This document shows, in pieces, positions 9,175 to 17,514 of a stretch of 64,000 nucleotides of DNA (position 1 is its first letter; each line of letters opens with the position of its first letter). The notes beneath the pieces were generated by a model. That model did no database searches and had not been told where the DNA came from. It saw only the letters and a list, made by a program, of their open reading frames with translations. The translations under genes and the position numbers were made by a program. The DNA is from an uncultured bacterium (lineage in GTDB: Bacteria; Babelota; Babeliae; Babelales; Vermiphilaceae). The stretch is from assembly GCA_963702025.1 (NCBI GenBank), contig OY969699.1, positions 1,088,001 through 1,152,000 of the forward strand, read 5' to 3'.

Positions 9175-10296
9175 ATGGAAAATCGATTTATTGTCGAACA
9201 AAAACCGTTTCTTGCATTGCTTGCTGCCATGCAGCCAATATGCACTAAACGCACAACACTTGATGCAACAACTTATATTATGTTTGCAGTAGGGCACAAA
9301 GAACTTGTATTAAAAAGTACCGATTTAGAAATTAGTTTACAATCAAGCTATTTGGTAAAAAAGAGCGATGTTGATCAACCGTTCTCTTTTTTAGTTTCCG
9401 GGCGGCGCATTTTTGATTTAGTAAAAGAACTTGATGGTGATATTGAATTTATTTGCGAAAATAATCAACTCACCTTGCAAGCTGGTTCAGTTGATTTATC
9501 ACTTAATATTAAAGATGCACAAGAATTCCCGCCGTTCCCAGAGCGTATTGAAAATTTAATGCAATTGAGTGCTTCTTTTTTATTGGAGATGCTTGATAAA
9601 GTTGCATTTTTAATTCCACAAAATAATGCCAATCAAGCGCTCAACGGATTGTATCTTGAAATATCGGATTCTGAATTTAAAATGACCACTACCGATGGCC
9701 ATTGCCTGGCGCAAGTAAGCACAAAAAAATATACTTTGCCTGAAACAAAAAAGTGGCTTTTGCCCCGACGTGCTATTTTTGAAGTCAAAAAAATCTTAGA
9801 GAGTGCTCCGGACGGTACAATCTTTTTAGGAATCTGCGGCAATCAATTGGTATTTTCCGGTGAGTCATTTAATTTTTTCACTAAATTACTTGCTGATCCA
9901 TTTCCGCAGTATGCGCCCATTCTTAATAGAGAAGGATTTGTGCCGGCATGCGTTGATAGAAGTAATCTTATTAAAACATTGCGGCGTTCATCATGTTTGC
10001 TTTCGGGGCAGTTTATTGCCACAAATTTTGGTTTTGAGTCGGAACGTTTACAAGTATCTATGCAAAATAAAGAAGTGGGGAAACTCAATGAAGCGTTGCC
10101 ACTGCATGAATTTAGCGGTGCCAAGCTTGACGTGCGGTTTTATGCGCCATACTTATTAAATGGTCTGCAAGCATTCTCCGATGATAAGATTAAGTTTTAT
10201 TTAAAGAATTCATCACGACCGATAATATTTGAAACTGAAGCCGAGCAAAGCCATTTAATTTATCTGGTGATGCCGGTTTCGCCAACGTCAAATTAA
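9175..10296 (+). CDS. dnaN: DNA polymerase III beta sliding clamp
   Basis: 'STDLEISL', 'TTDGHCL', 'FPQY', C-terminal 'YLVMPV'; 373 aa; upstream of recF. Confidence 0.96.
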   Translation: MENRFIVEQKPFLALLAAMQPICTKRTTLDATTYIMFAVGHKELVLKSTDLEISLQSSYLVKKSDVDQPFSFLVSGRRIFDLVKELDGDIEFICENNQLTLQAGSVDLSLNIKDAQEFPPFPERIENLMQLSASFLLEMLDKVAFLIPQNNANQALNGLYLEISDSEFKMTTTDGHCLAQVSTKKYTLPETKKWLLPRRAIFEVKKILESAPDGTIFLGICGNQLVFSGESFNFFTKLLADPFPQYAPILNREGFVPACVDRSNLIKTLRRSSCLLSGQFIATNFGFESERLQVSMQNKEVGKLNEALPLHEFSGAKLDVRFYAPYLLNGLQAFSDDKIKFYLKNSSRPIIFETEAEQSHLIYLVMPVSPTSN

Positions 10297-10314
10297 TATC
10301 CATAAAACGGATGA

Positions 10315-11409
10315 GTGGAGATAGACTTGAAAATTACTCATCTTCAGCTTAAAAATTTTCGATGCTTTCAATCGCTTGAACTCACGTTCGAAAGTAGCAC
10401 CACGCTAATTTCTGGATTAAATGGCGCAGGTAAAACATCATTATTGGAAGCATTGCATTATTTGTGCTATCTACGTTCATTCCGTACTCATATTCCGCAG
10501 GAGCTAGTTCAGTTCGGGTCTGATAATTTTTTTTTAAAGGCTCGCTTGCAAACTGCCGATGAATATGATGTGCAAGTAGGCTTTGGTAATAAAAAAAGAC
10601 TGGTGAAAGTTAACAATAAGGCGGTCGCATCTTATAAAGAACTATTGGAATATTATCGGACGGTTACGCTGACCGAAGACGATCTTGATCTTATTAAAGG
10701 CGGTCCGGAAGTGCGCCGCTTTTTTATTGATCAAGTAATTATGTTAACTGATGCAGAGTTTCTCATCATTAGCAAAAAATGCAAGGACGTTGTGGAGAAT
10801 CGTAATGCATTGTTAAAAAGTGGTCGCACGTCCCGCGAATCATATATGCTGTGGACTGAGCAACTCTGGCAACAGAGCGTGCTTATCCAAGAGGCTCGGA
10901 TAACGGCACTTGAGAATCTTGAACAAGAAATCACCGCATTATTGCATTCCTATTTTAAGAATAGCTGTAGCATTGCTTTTACCTATAAGCCTAAAAAATC
11001 ATTAGGTGAATCCTTTGCGCTCTTTCTTGAATCCAATCCGCAGTTATATAGCGATGAGGTGCACCTTGCTCGTTCTTTATTTGGGGCACATCTTGATGAT
11101 TTTGCTATTCATTTTCAGGATATAAAATCACGAACCTTTGCCTCTCGAGGGCAGCAAAAGCTCATTATAGTGCTTATAAAGGCTGCTCAGATTCGTCTCC
11201 TATCACAAAGCAATCGCCCGGCAATACTTCTTTTGGATGATTTTATGACCGATTTTGACTCTGAAACTATGCAAATATTAATTGATATTCTTTTCAAATT
11301 GAATATTCAGCTGATATTTACCGTACCTTCTCCAGGAGGACTTCTGCAAAAGGAGCTTGAGGCGCGCAATGCTGACATTATAAAAATTGACAATGTGAAA
11401 CTTTTATGA
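10315..11409 (+). CDS. recF: DNA replication/repair protein RecF
   Basis: 'LKNFRCF', Walker A 'GLNGAGKTSLLEA', 'ASRGQQK', 'LLLDD'. Confidence 0.95.
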   Translation: MEIDLKITHLQLKNFRCFQSLELTFESSTTLISGLNGAGKTSLLEALHYLCYLRSFRTHIPQELVQFGSDNFFLKARLQTADEYDVQVGFGNKKRLVKVNNKAVASYKELLEYYRTVTLTEDDLDLIKGGPEVRRFFIDQVIMLTDAEFLIISKKCKDVVENRNALLKSGRTSRESYMLWTEQLWQQSVLIQEARITALENLEQEITALLHSYFKNSCSIAFTYKPKKSLGESFALFLESNPQLYSDEVHLARSLFGAHLDDFAIHFQDIKSRTFASRGQQKLIIVLIKAAQIRLLSQSNRPAILLLDDFMTDFDSETMQILIDILFKLNIQLIFTVPSPGGLLQKELEARNADIIKIDNVKLL

Positions 11410-11438
11410 GCAATAAAGTGATTTTTATTTTTGTCGGC

Positions 11439-11467
11439 TTGACAAGTATAAAGATTTCTTATACCAT
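11439..11467 (+). promoter_or_regulatory. Sigma70-like promoter; further TTGACA boxes at 11525 and 11662
   Basis: TTGACA-17 nt-TACCAT; TTGACA-16 nt-TAATCT at 11525-11552. Confidence 0.5.
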
Positions 11468-11558
11468 TTTAGTAAATTAAGATTTAAAAAACCTTGAAAT
11501 ACAGCAATAGTTTTTTCTAGGAATTTGACATTTTAGAAATACATTTTAATCTTAATTG

Positions 11559-11633
11559 ATATTAAACTAGGCTTCATTACTACTCTCCTTTTTTCCATCG
11601 CATTGATTTCGGTCAGTGCGATGGTTTTTTTTT
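11559..11633 (+). ncRNA. Candidate small RNA with anti-SD/anti-start sequence, ending in an intrinsic terminator (5' end approximate)
   Basis: Upstream promoters; CTTCATTACTACTCTCCTTTTTT; 13-bp stem with TTCG loop (11595-11624) plus T9; no plus-strand ORF. Confidence 0.4.
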
Positions 11634-11739
11634 ATCTCTTTTTTTCATCTTTTCAACTTTCTTGACAATTAATCATCAGAAGTAATAGCTTGATTTACAG
11701 TTAAAAAGGGTTAAATCGTAATTAAGAAAGGTGTACACG

Positions 11740-11943
11740 ATGGCCTATAGTGTTAAGTCCAAAAAAAGCGGTAAATCTTACTATCTTCATACCAAAGAAG
11801 TACTGTTGGCTGGCAAACGCAAACAACGTATTTACTATTTTGCCGGTGATAAAGGTAAAAATTCACTCGATGAATTGCCAAAAGGGTATGAAGTTTTTGA
11901 AAACAAGAGAACCGGACTTCCAATGCTCCGCAAGAAAAAATAG
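11740..11943 (+). CDS. Small basic hypothetical protein (67 aa)
   Basis: GAAAGG RBS, own promoter-like box and terminator; MAYSVKSKKSGKSYYLH...IYYFA...GLPMLRKK. Confidence 0.8.
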   Translation: MAYSVKSKKSGKSYYLHTKEVLLAGKRKQRIYYFAGDKGKNSLDELPKGYEVFENKRTGLPMLRKKK

Positions 11944-11965
11944 AATTACCGCAATGGTCACTATG

Positions 11966-11994
11966 AGCCCAGTTTTTAAAAACTGGGCTTTTTT
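11966..11994 (+). terminator. Intrinsic terminator
   Basis: agcccagtttt/aaaactgggct hairpin followed by a T run. Confidence 0.75.
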
Positions 11995-12013
11995 GTACTC
12001 GAGGGAGCTTTTA

Positions 12014-12190
12014 ATGAAGTTGTATTTTTTTCTGATCTCTAGTTTTATGCTACCGATTCACGCAGAATATATTGTCTTTAAAAAAGTTAAGGGTATGGCT
12101 GAGCCTATTACCAATGAACAAGAATATGAAAAAGTTTATTCCATTTTGATGAACTATCAGTGGCCCATGGTTTGCGCCAATTTCTCCTGA
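12014..12190 (+). CDS. Small secreted hypothetical protein or gene remnant
   Basis: GAGGGAG RBS; signal-like MKLYFFLISSFMLPIHA. Confidence 0.4.
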   Translation: MKLYFFLISSFMLPIHAEYIVFKKVKGMAEPITNEQEYEKVYSILMNYQWPMVCANFS

Positions 12191-12555
12191 TCAACAAGCT
12201 CCCATTGAACTAAAACCAAAAATAAAACCTGCTCCGGCCATAAGAATAGTAGAAAATGTGGGCTAATGGCTAAAGGTTGATTGCTGCGGCCCCGCTTTCC
12301 CATTTAAGTATTGGTTTTTATTCTTTTGTTTTAAAAAGAATAATGCATGAATACAATTGTTTTTTCGTGTTTTGGTTCGAAGAATTACATCGTAAGGATA
12401 ATGCGTTTAATGGTTATGATGACTAATTGATTAAGTATGTTCCTTTTTATTGTTTGGTTATTGGAATCATAAATAACATCATTATTAGATGTTCTGTATA
12501 ATTGATGTTCTGTGTATCTTATAAATTCCGACGTGGGTTTGTTTTTGGAATTGTT

Positions 12556-12583
12556 TATTTACATAATATGCATTATCGGACAC
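12556..12583 (-). other. dif: dif chromosome dimer resolution site
   Basis: Minus strand GTGTCCGATAA-TGCATA-TTATGTAAATA has the 11-6-11 XerC/XerD layout; intergenic, at a gene-orientation switch. Confidence 0.8.
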
Positions 12584-12596
12584 AAGTCTTTTTCTA

Positions 12597-13049
12597 TTAT
12601 TGAACAAAAACGATTATTGGAATTTGTTTATCAATATTAAATTCGGCTATTTTTTCTTTAAATTGCGAAAACTGATTACTCTTAGATGGTTCGATCCACA
12701 AAAAATCAATGTCAAATTCTTCAATAAAAAACCGATCATAATTGTAAGAATGGTTGGAGCCAAAATAGCCATATTCGCACAGATAATGATTGATATCAAA
12801 TATGCTCTTGCGCAATGGCAAATCGGTATTCGCAGTCATGCAGCCAATTATCTGATGACAGCGTAAAGCATCCAAAAAAGTATATATTAATGATCGCGCA
12901 TCTTTCACAGTTGTTATGGGAAAATTATGAAACCCGGGTGTTAAAAAAATCTCTTGTAGCTCTATAATCTGCTGTTCAGAAATTAACCGATTATTACAAT
13001 AAAATAGTTTATTAATCTTGGAATCAAGATTTGGTAAATGATACTTCAT
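12597..13049 (-). CDS. Hypothetical protein
   Basis: 150-aa ORF with AAGGAGG RBS. Confidence 0.7.
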   Translation of the reverse strand: MKYHLPNLDSKINKLFYCNNRLISEQQIIELQEIFLTPGFHNFPITTVKDARSLIYTFLDALRCHQIIGCMTANTDLPLRKSIFDINHYLCEYGYFGSNHSYNYDRFFIEEFDIDFLWIEPSKSNQFSQFKEKIAEFNIDKQIPIIVFVQ

Positions 13050-13194
13050 CCAGCCTCCTTTTGGTAGTAGTACCGCCAGTGAGTTTGGGTTCCCCTTCCC
13101 TAGCCCTTAGCTGCAGCGTACAACATATAAAAGAGTGAAAGCAATAAAAAAGCACCATTCCAGGATTTTAATTGGAAGAAGCGTATGGCGTGAT

Positions 13195-13683
13195 TTAGTA
13201 TCCTAGATATTTATTTTTCGTTTGCCACAAGCCGCACAAACTAATAGCAAGCGCATCGGTAGCATCATATTTATCCGGTTTTGCAAGCGTAGGAAACAGT
13301 TGAAAGAGCACACGCGAAACCTGCTCTTTACTGGCGCCACCAAAGCCGGTCAGCGATTGTTTGATTTGGGTCGGCGCAAATTCATGGAGCATGAGACCAT
13401 GCTTATGGGAGAGAAAATAGAGAATACCGCGCAAATAACCGAGCTTTAAAAAGTTTTGCGCATTTTTTCCTAAAAAGGGAGTTTCGATAGCTAGATCAGT
13501 TACCTGAAAATGGATTATCTTATTTTCCAAGGCATCGTGAAAGAGTACAATTCTTTCTTGCAACGATTTGGACTGTGGTAATTTCAAATAGCCAAAATCA
13601 AGCAATAAGGTCCTGTTCCCTTCTTTTTTTAAAATAGCATAACCGGTACATGAAAATCCTGGATCTATACCTAAAATTACCAT
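13195..13683 (-). CDS. ruvC: Holliday junction resolvase RuvC
   Basis: 'ILGIDPG', 'AIETPF', 'LGYLRG', 'GGASKEQV', 'DATDALAI'. Confidence 0.95.
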   Translation of the reverse strand: MVILGIDPGFSCTGYAILKKEGNRTLLLDFGYLKLPQSKSLQERIVLFHDALENKIIHFQVTDLAIETPFLGKNAQNFLKLGYLRGILYFLSHKHGLMLHEFAPTQIKQSLTGFGGASKEQVSRVLFQLFPTLAKPDKYDATDALAISLCGLWQTKNKYLGY

Positions 13684-13816
13684 TAGCTTCCTTTTTTATA
13701 TATTTCTTGGTTGCCAGGATACAATGGCTTTTGACAAAAATCGAATTTAATTTAATGTTAATACTAGAATAGATTAACCGATATCATAAGTGCTTATTTT
13801 AAACGAGGAACATCAA

Positions 13817-14284
13817 ATGATTTCAAGTAGAATTATATTATTGGCATCCTTACTTTTCTTATTCCCACACACTTCTTTCTGCGCTGTTTCCGACTTTGAA
13901 ACATCGGTAGATATTCAAACGAGCGAACAGGGAGACCGCATATATTTTACTGTCAATCTGGTATACCAAGGTTCGATTGTTGGCCAAGTAGAATTCTCCT
14001 ACGATAGAACTTCTAAAAAGGGATATATCGCCCGCTTGCACGTAGAACCCGCCCATCGCAAAAAATCATTCGGCAGTATATTATTGCAATTCGCACTCGA
14101 TACGCTCACTCAATGCAAAAATGATGAAATTCGCTGGGTAGCAAGCCCCTTTAATTTGCCCGCCGAACAAACATCATCAGAAATGCTTCCTAAATTAATT
14201 GCATTCTATCAACGGCATGGCGCACAGATGTTGAATAGCACCCAGTGGTCGGCTGAAATGCGCTACTATCCAAAATTGGCGTAA
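13817..14284 (+). CDS. GNAT-family acetyltransferase with signal peptide
   Basis: Motif A 'LHVEPAHRKKSFGSILL' and 'LIAFYQRHG'; hydrophobic N-terminus. Confidence 0.8.
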   Translation: MISSRIILLASLLFLFPHTSFCAVSDFETSVDIQTSEQGDRIYFTVNLVYQGSIVGQVEFSYDRTSKKGYIARLHVEPAHRKKSFGSILLQFALDTLTQCKNDEIRWVASPFNLPAEQTSSEMLPKLIAFYQRHGAQMLNSTQWSAEMRYYPKLA

Positions 14285-14288
14285 AAAC

Positions 14289-15668
14289 TTAATCCTCAAA
14301 ATCTTCGAATTTCGTTTGCTCTTTTGCAAAGTGCAGATGAACCGTACCGGTAGGCCCATTACGCTGTTTACCAATAATCAGCTCAGCAAGCGCAGGATTT
14401 TCGGTTTCAGGGTTATAAACACTTTCACGATATAAAAACATAATCAGATCGGCATCCTGCTCAATGGCGCCAGATTCACGCAAATCGGAAAGGATCGGCC
14501 GCTTATCCATGCGGCTATCAACCGCGCGTGAAAGCTGCGATAGGGCAATAATGGGAACCGCCAATTCTTTAGCAAGTGCTTTAAGCGCACGAGAAATTTC
14601 AGAAACTTCCTGATGCCTATTCTCATGCCGTTTGGCCGAATGAATGAGTTGCAAGTAGTCGATAACCAACATCGAGACATTCTGTTCGGCTTTTAATTTG
14701 CGGGCTTTGGCACGCAGATCCATAATATCAAGCATGGCAGTATCATCGATGAATAATTTGAGGTCACCCAAGCTACCGGCTACTTTGGTTAGTTCAAGCC
14801 ACTCTTCTGAGGTGATTGTTGCATTTCTAATGTGATGATGGGGAATGCCTGACTCGGATGAAAGCAGACGTAAAATGAGTTGTTCGGCAGACATTTCTAA
14901 TGAAAAAAAGCCAACCGATTGCCCTTCTGCGGTCGCATTGCGCGCAACAGTAAGCGCAAGAGCAGTTTTGCCCATCGAAGGACGCGCAGCCAACACCACA
15001 AAATCCCCCTTTTGAAATCCGGAGGTCAATTCATCAAGTTTTTTATAACCGGATGGAACCCCGGTTATACCTTTGCTATGGCTTTTTAAATCAGAAAGAT
15101 GTTTAAAGGTTTTTTTAAGCCAAATATTCAGTTGCACAAAACTTTGCGTGGAACGTTTGCTGGATATCTGAAAAATAACTTTTTCCGCTTCATCCAAAAC
15201 CGCATCAATAGATTCATCATTCTGCCCATAGGCATTCGATATAATATGCGCAGCTGAATTTATGAGCTCGCGCAGCATTGCTTTTGCTCTAATAATACGC
15301 GCATGCTGCTCAACAAAACCAATTGCAGGCAAGTCTTCTTGTAAAGAAACCAGATACACCACGCCGCCTGCCATATCTAGCTGTCCTCGCTTTAACAGCT
15401 CATCCTGTAACGTAACTAAATCAATGCGCTGGCGAGCCATTGATAAATCAAGAATCGCCGCATAAATAAGTTTGTGAGGCGGATGATAAAAATCTGTTGG
15501 CGCAATAATTTCGGAAGCAAGCGGAACATTTTCATCGTTGAGCAATAATGCAGCTAATACAGAACGCTCGGCTTCAAGACTGGCCGGCAAGCCACGCGCC
15601 AATGATTTTGCTGCATCAATGGGGCTTGGAGCAGGCCGTTTTTCTTGGGATCGTAGTCCTTGGGACAT
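14289..15668 (-). CDS. dnaB: Replicative DNA helicase
   Basis: 'AARPSMGKT', 'FSLEMS', 'IDYLQL', 'SDLRESGAIEQDAD', 'KQRNGPTG'. Confidence 0.98.
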   Translation of the reverse strand: MSQGLRSQEKRPAPSPIDAAKSLARGLPASLEAERSVLAALLLNDENVPLASEIIAPTDFYHPPHKLIYAAILDLSMARQRIDLVTLQDELLKRGQLDMAGGVVYLVSLQEDLPAIGFVEQHARIIRAKAMLRELINSAAHIISNAYGQNDESIDAVLDEAEKVIFQISSKRSTQSFVQLNIWLKKTFKHLSDLKSHSKGITGVPSGYKKLDELTSGFQKGDFVVLAARPSMGKTALALTVARNATAEGQSVGFFSLEMSAEQLILRLLSSESGIPHHHIRNATITSEEWLELTKVAGSLGDLKLFIDDTAMLDIMDLRAKARKLKAEQNVSMLVIDYLQLIHSAKRHENRHQEVSEISRALKALAKELAVPIIALSQLSRAVDSRMDKRPILSDLRESGAIEQDADLIMFLYRESVYNPETENPALAELIIGKQRNGPTGTVHLHFAKEQTKFEDFED

Positions 15669-15694
15669 AGCGTTCCCTCTTTTAAATAGATTAT

Positions 15695-16138
15695 TTATTC
15701 GGAAATGACATTAAGAGTTACTTTTGGCTGCAAGCGCGACGATAATTTGATAGTCACTTCATAAGCGCCTTTGGCCTTGATTGACTTTTCAAAAATCACT
15801 TGATCCGGTTTGATGCTTACTCCATGCTGCGCAAGCAATTCAACAATTTCGTTCGGTCTCACTGCTGCATAGAGCTTGCCATCATCATGCAATCTGCGCT
15901 TGAGGGTCAATTTCAGTGATTTGATGCTTTCAGCAAGCATAGAAGTCTGTGTTGCGATCTTTTCTTGGCGATGCTCAACAACCTTTTTTTTGTTTTCATA
16001 GAATTTGGCATTTGCCTCAGTAATCTCTTCAGCTAACGCACGAGGGAAAAGGTTATTTCTTGCAAAACCATCACTTACCTTTACAATTTCACCTTTAAAC
16101 CCTAATTTTTCAACATTCTGTTTAAGAACAACTTTCAT
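15695..16138 (-). CDS. rplI: 50S ribosomal protein L9
   Basis: 'MKVVLKQNVEKLGFKGEIVKVSDGFARN'; adjacent to dnaB. Confidence 0.95.
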   Translation of the reverse strand: MKVVLKQNVEKLGFKGEIVKVSDGFARNNLFPRALAEEITEANAKFYENKKKVVEHRQEKIATQTSMLAESIKSLKLTLKRRLHDDGKLYAAVRPNEIVELLAQHGVSIKPDQVIFEKSIKAKGAYEVTIKLSSRLQPKVTLNVISE

Positions 16139-16173
16139 TTTTTTTCCTTTGAACTAACGATGGTACTTACCTA

Positions 16174-16584
16174 TTAGTATAAGGAAATCGTTCTTCTTTG
16201 GAAACCCCGAATAATCAATTTTTGCTCTTCATTTTTATTCACTCTACAGGTCATCCCGCAAACTTCTTGCCCCTGCGAAGAAAGAACCGCAATAATCTCA
16301 ACGCTCTCCTTGTTGGGCCTCCACTCAAGGTGCGCTCCTTGCTGATCAAATAGGAACTGTTCATGCATTACCGTATCATTTTTAGCCATCTGATCAAAAT
16401 TCTTAGCCGCATAGGCAATTCCATAATTAAGAACCCCTTTGGTTAATTCTTCATGAGTTGCGCTCTTTATACTTGCTTGCACATAGCGAACAAAAAAATT
16501 AGTAGAATGGCAGTAGGCAAAATATACCGCCCCAATCAGTGCCATCGCCATTATTACTGCTAGGCAACAAGAGCCTTGCTTCAT
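16174..16584 (-). CDS. PilX/GspK-like minor pilin candidate
   Basis: MKQG followed by a hydrophobic stretch without E5; overlaps the upstream pilin gene. Confidence 0.45.
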   Translation of the reverse strand: MKQGSCCLAVIMAMALIGAVYFAYCHSTNFFVRYVQASIKSATHEELTKGVLNYGIAYAAKNFDQMAKNDTVMHEQFLFDQQGAHLEWRPNKESVEIIAVLSSQGQEVCGMTCRVNKNEEQKLIIRGFQRRTISLY

Positions 16585-17078
16585 GCTATAACTCCATTTA
16601 TTAATGAAATTTGAGTGCGTACTTTTGTGTTCTCTGATGTAGCAATAGTAATCTCAACCGCTTTAACGTGACCCATTTTTTGCATTAGAGAATATGAGAA
16701 ATGTGATAGCGCTGACAGGACGGGCGTAGAGTGAACCGTAAGCCATCGTCTTTTTTTAAAATCATACGATCCGGAAAATCGATACAATCCTTTTTGGTTG
16801 TGCTTCCAGCCAATAGAGCCCGCGTCTGTTTTAAAAATTAGTTCACCGTCATTGATCGCCATAAAGGAATCAATTGCTGAATGCGCATCCTCAATATCGC
16901 GCATAATCAAAGCAAAGGCAGTATGCATATTCATAGTTTCTGCTGTTCGCTGCACATCGTTGCCAAGAACAACAATCGATTTTGAAAGAAATTGACCGAC
17001 CAGCACCGTCAAAAGAGCAGCAATCAAACAATAGAGCATTACTTCAATTAAAGAAAATCCCAAACTATTCTTAACCAT
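16581..17078 (-). CDS. Type IV prepilin-like protein (PilW/GspJ-like)
   Basis: Class III signal 'G|FSLIEVMLY'. Confidence 0.8.
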   Translation of the reverse strand: MVKNSLGFSLIEVMLYCLIAALLTVLVGQFLSKSIVVLGNDVQRTAETMNMHTAFALIMRDIEDAHSAIDSFMAINDGELIFKTDAGSIGWKHNQKGLYRFSGSYDFKKRRWLTVHSTPVLSALSHFSYSLMQKMGHVKAVEITIATSENTKVRTQISLINGVIA

Positions 17079-17439
17079 GCGTCACCGTAATTGTTGTGAG
17101 ACTAATTTGGTCTTCCTTTTTACCGTTATGCCATGTTATAAACACGGTTCCGATCGATGCCTCCGGCGCGTCATAAACGCTTGTTTGCAGTTCCTGCCAC
17201 TCAATCCTTGTTTGAAAATCATTCTTTTCATTTTCTGCAACCTTCAAATTGTTATCAATGATGCGCCGGGCTAGCGCAAGAGCTCTTAATCGCAAGTGCG
17301 CGTCTCTTTTGTTGTTCTGGACATGGCCATAGGCGGCCACAAGGATTGTAAGTGAAACAGTGAATAATAACACTGCTACTAAGGTTTCCATTAATAAAAA
17401 ACCCGACTTTTCATGGTTTTTTGGAAAGACCATACACAA
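17071..17439 (-). CDS. Type IV prepilin-like protein (PilV/GspI-like)
   Basis: Class III signal 'SG|FLLMETLVAV'. Confidence 0.8.
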   Translation of the reverse strand: MCMVFPKNHEKSGFLLMETLVAVLLFTVSLTILVAAYGHVQNNKRDAHLRLRALALARRIIDNNLKVAENEKNDFQTRIEWQELQTSVYDAPEASIGTVFITWHNGKKEDQISLTTITVTHG

Positions 17440-17514
17440 ACGCCCTTTTTTGTTATACTAAAAATGTTTCTAGGTACCTTCTGTGCTTAAGTATTTATCA
17501 AACGAGGCCCTTTT

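Noticed and set aside
13050..13125. Riboswitch in the GC-rich leader of ORF 13049-12597
   Set aside because: It is GC-rich and purine-skewed, but no recognisable aptamer or expression platform was found. An Rfam search would settle it.
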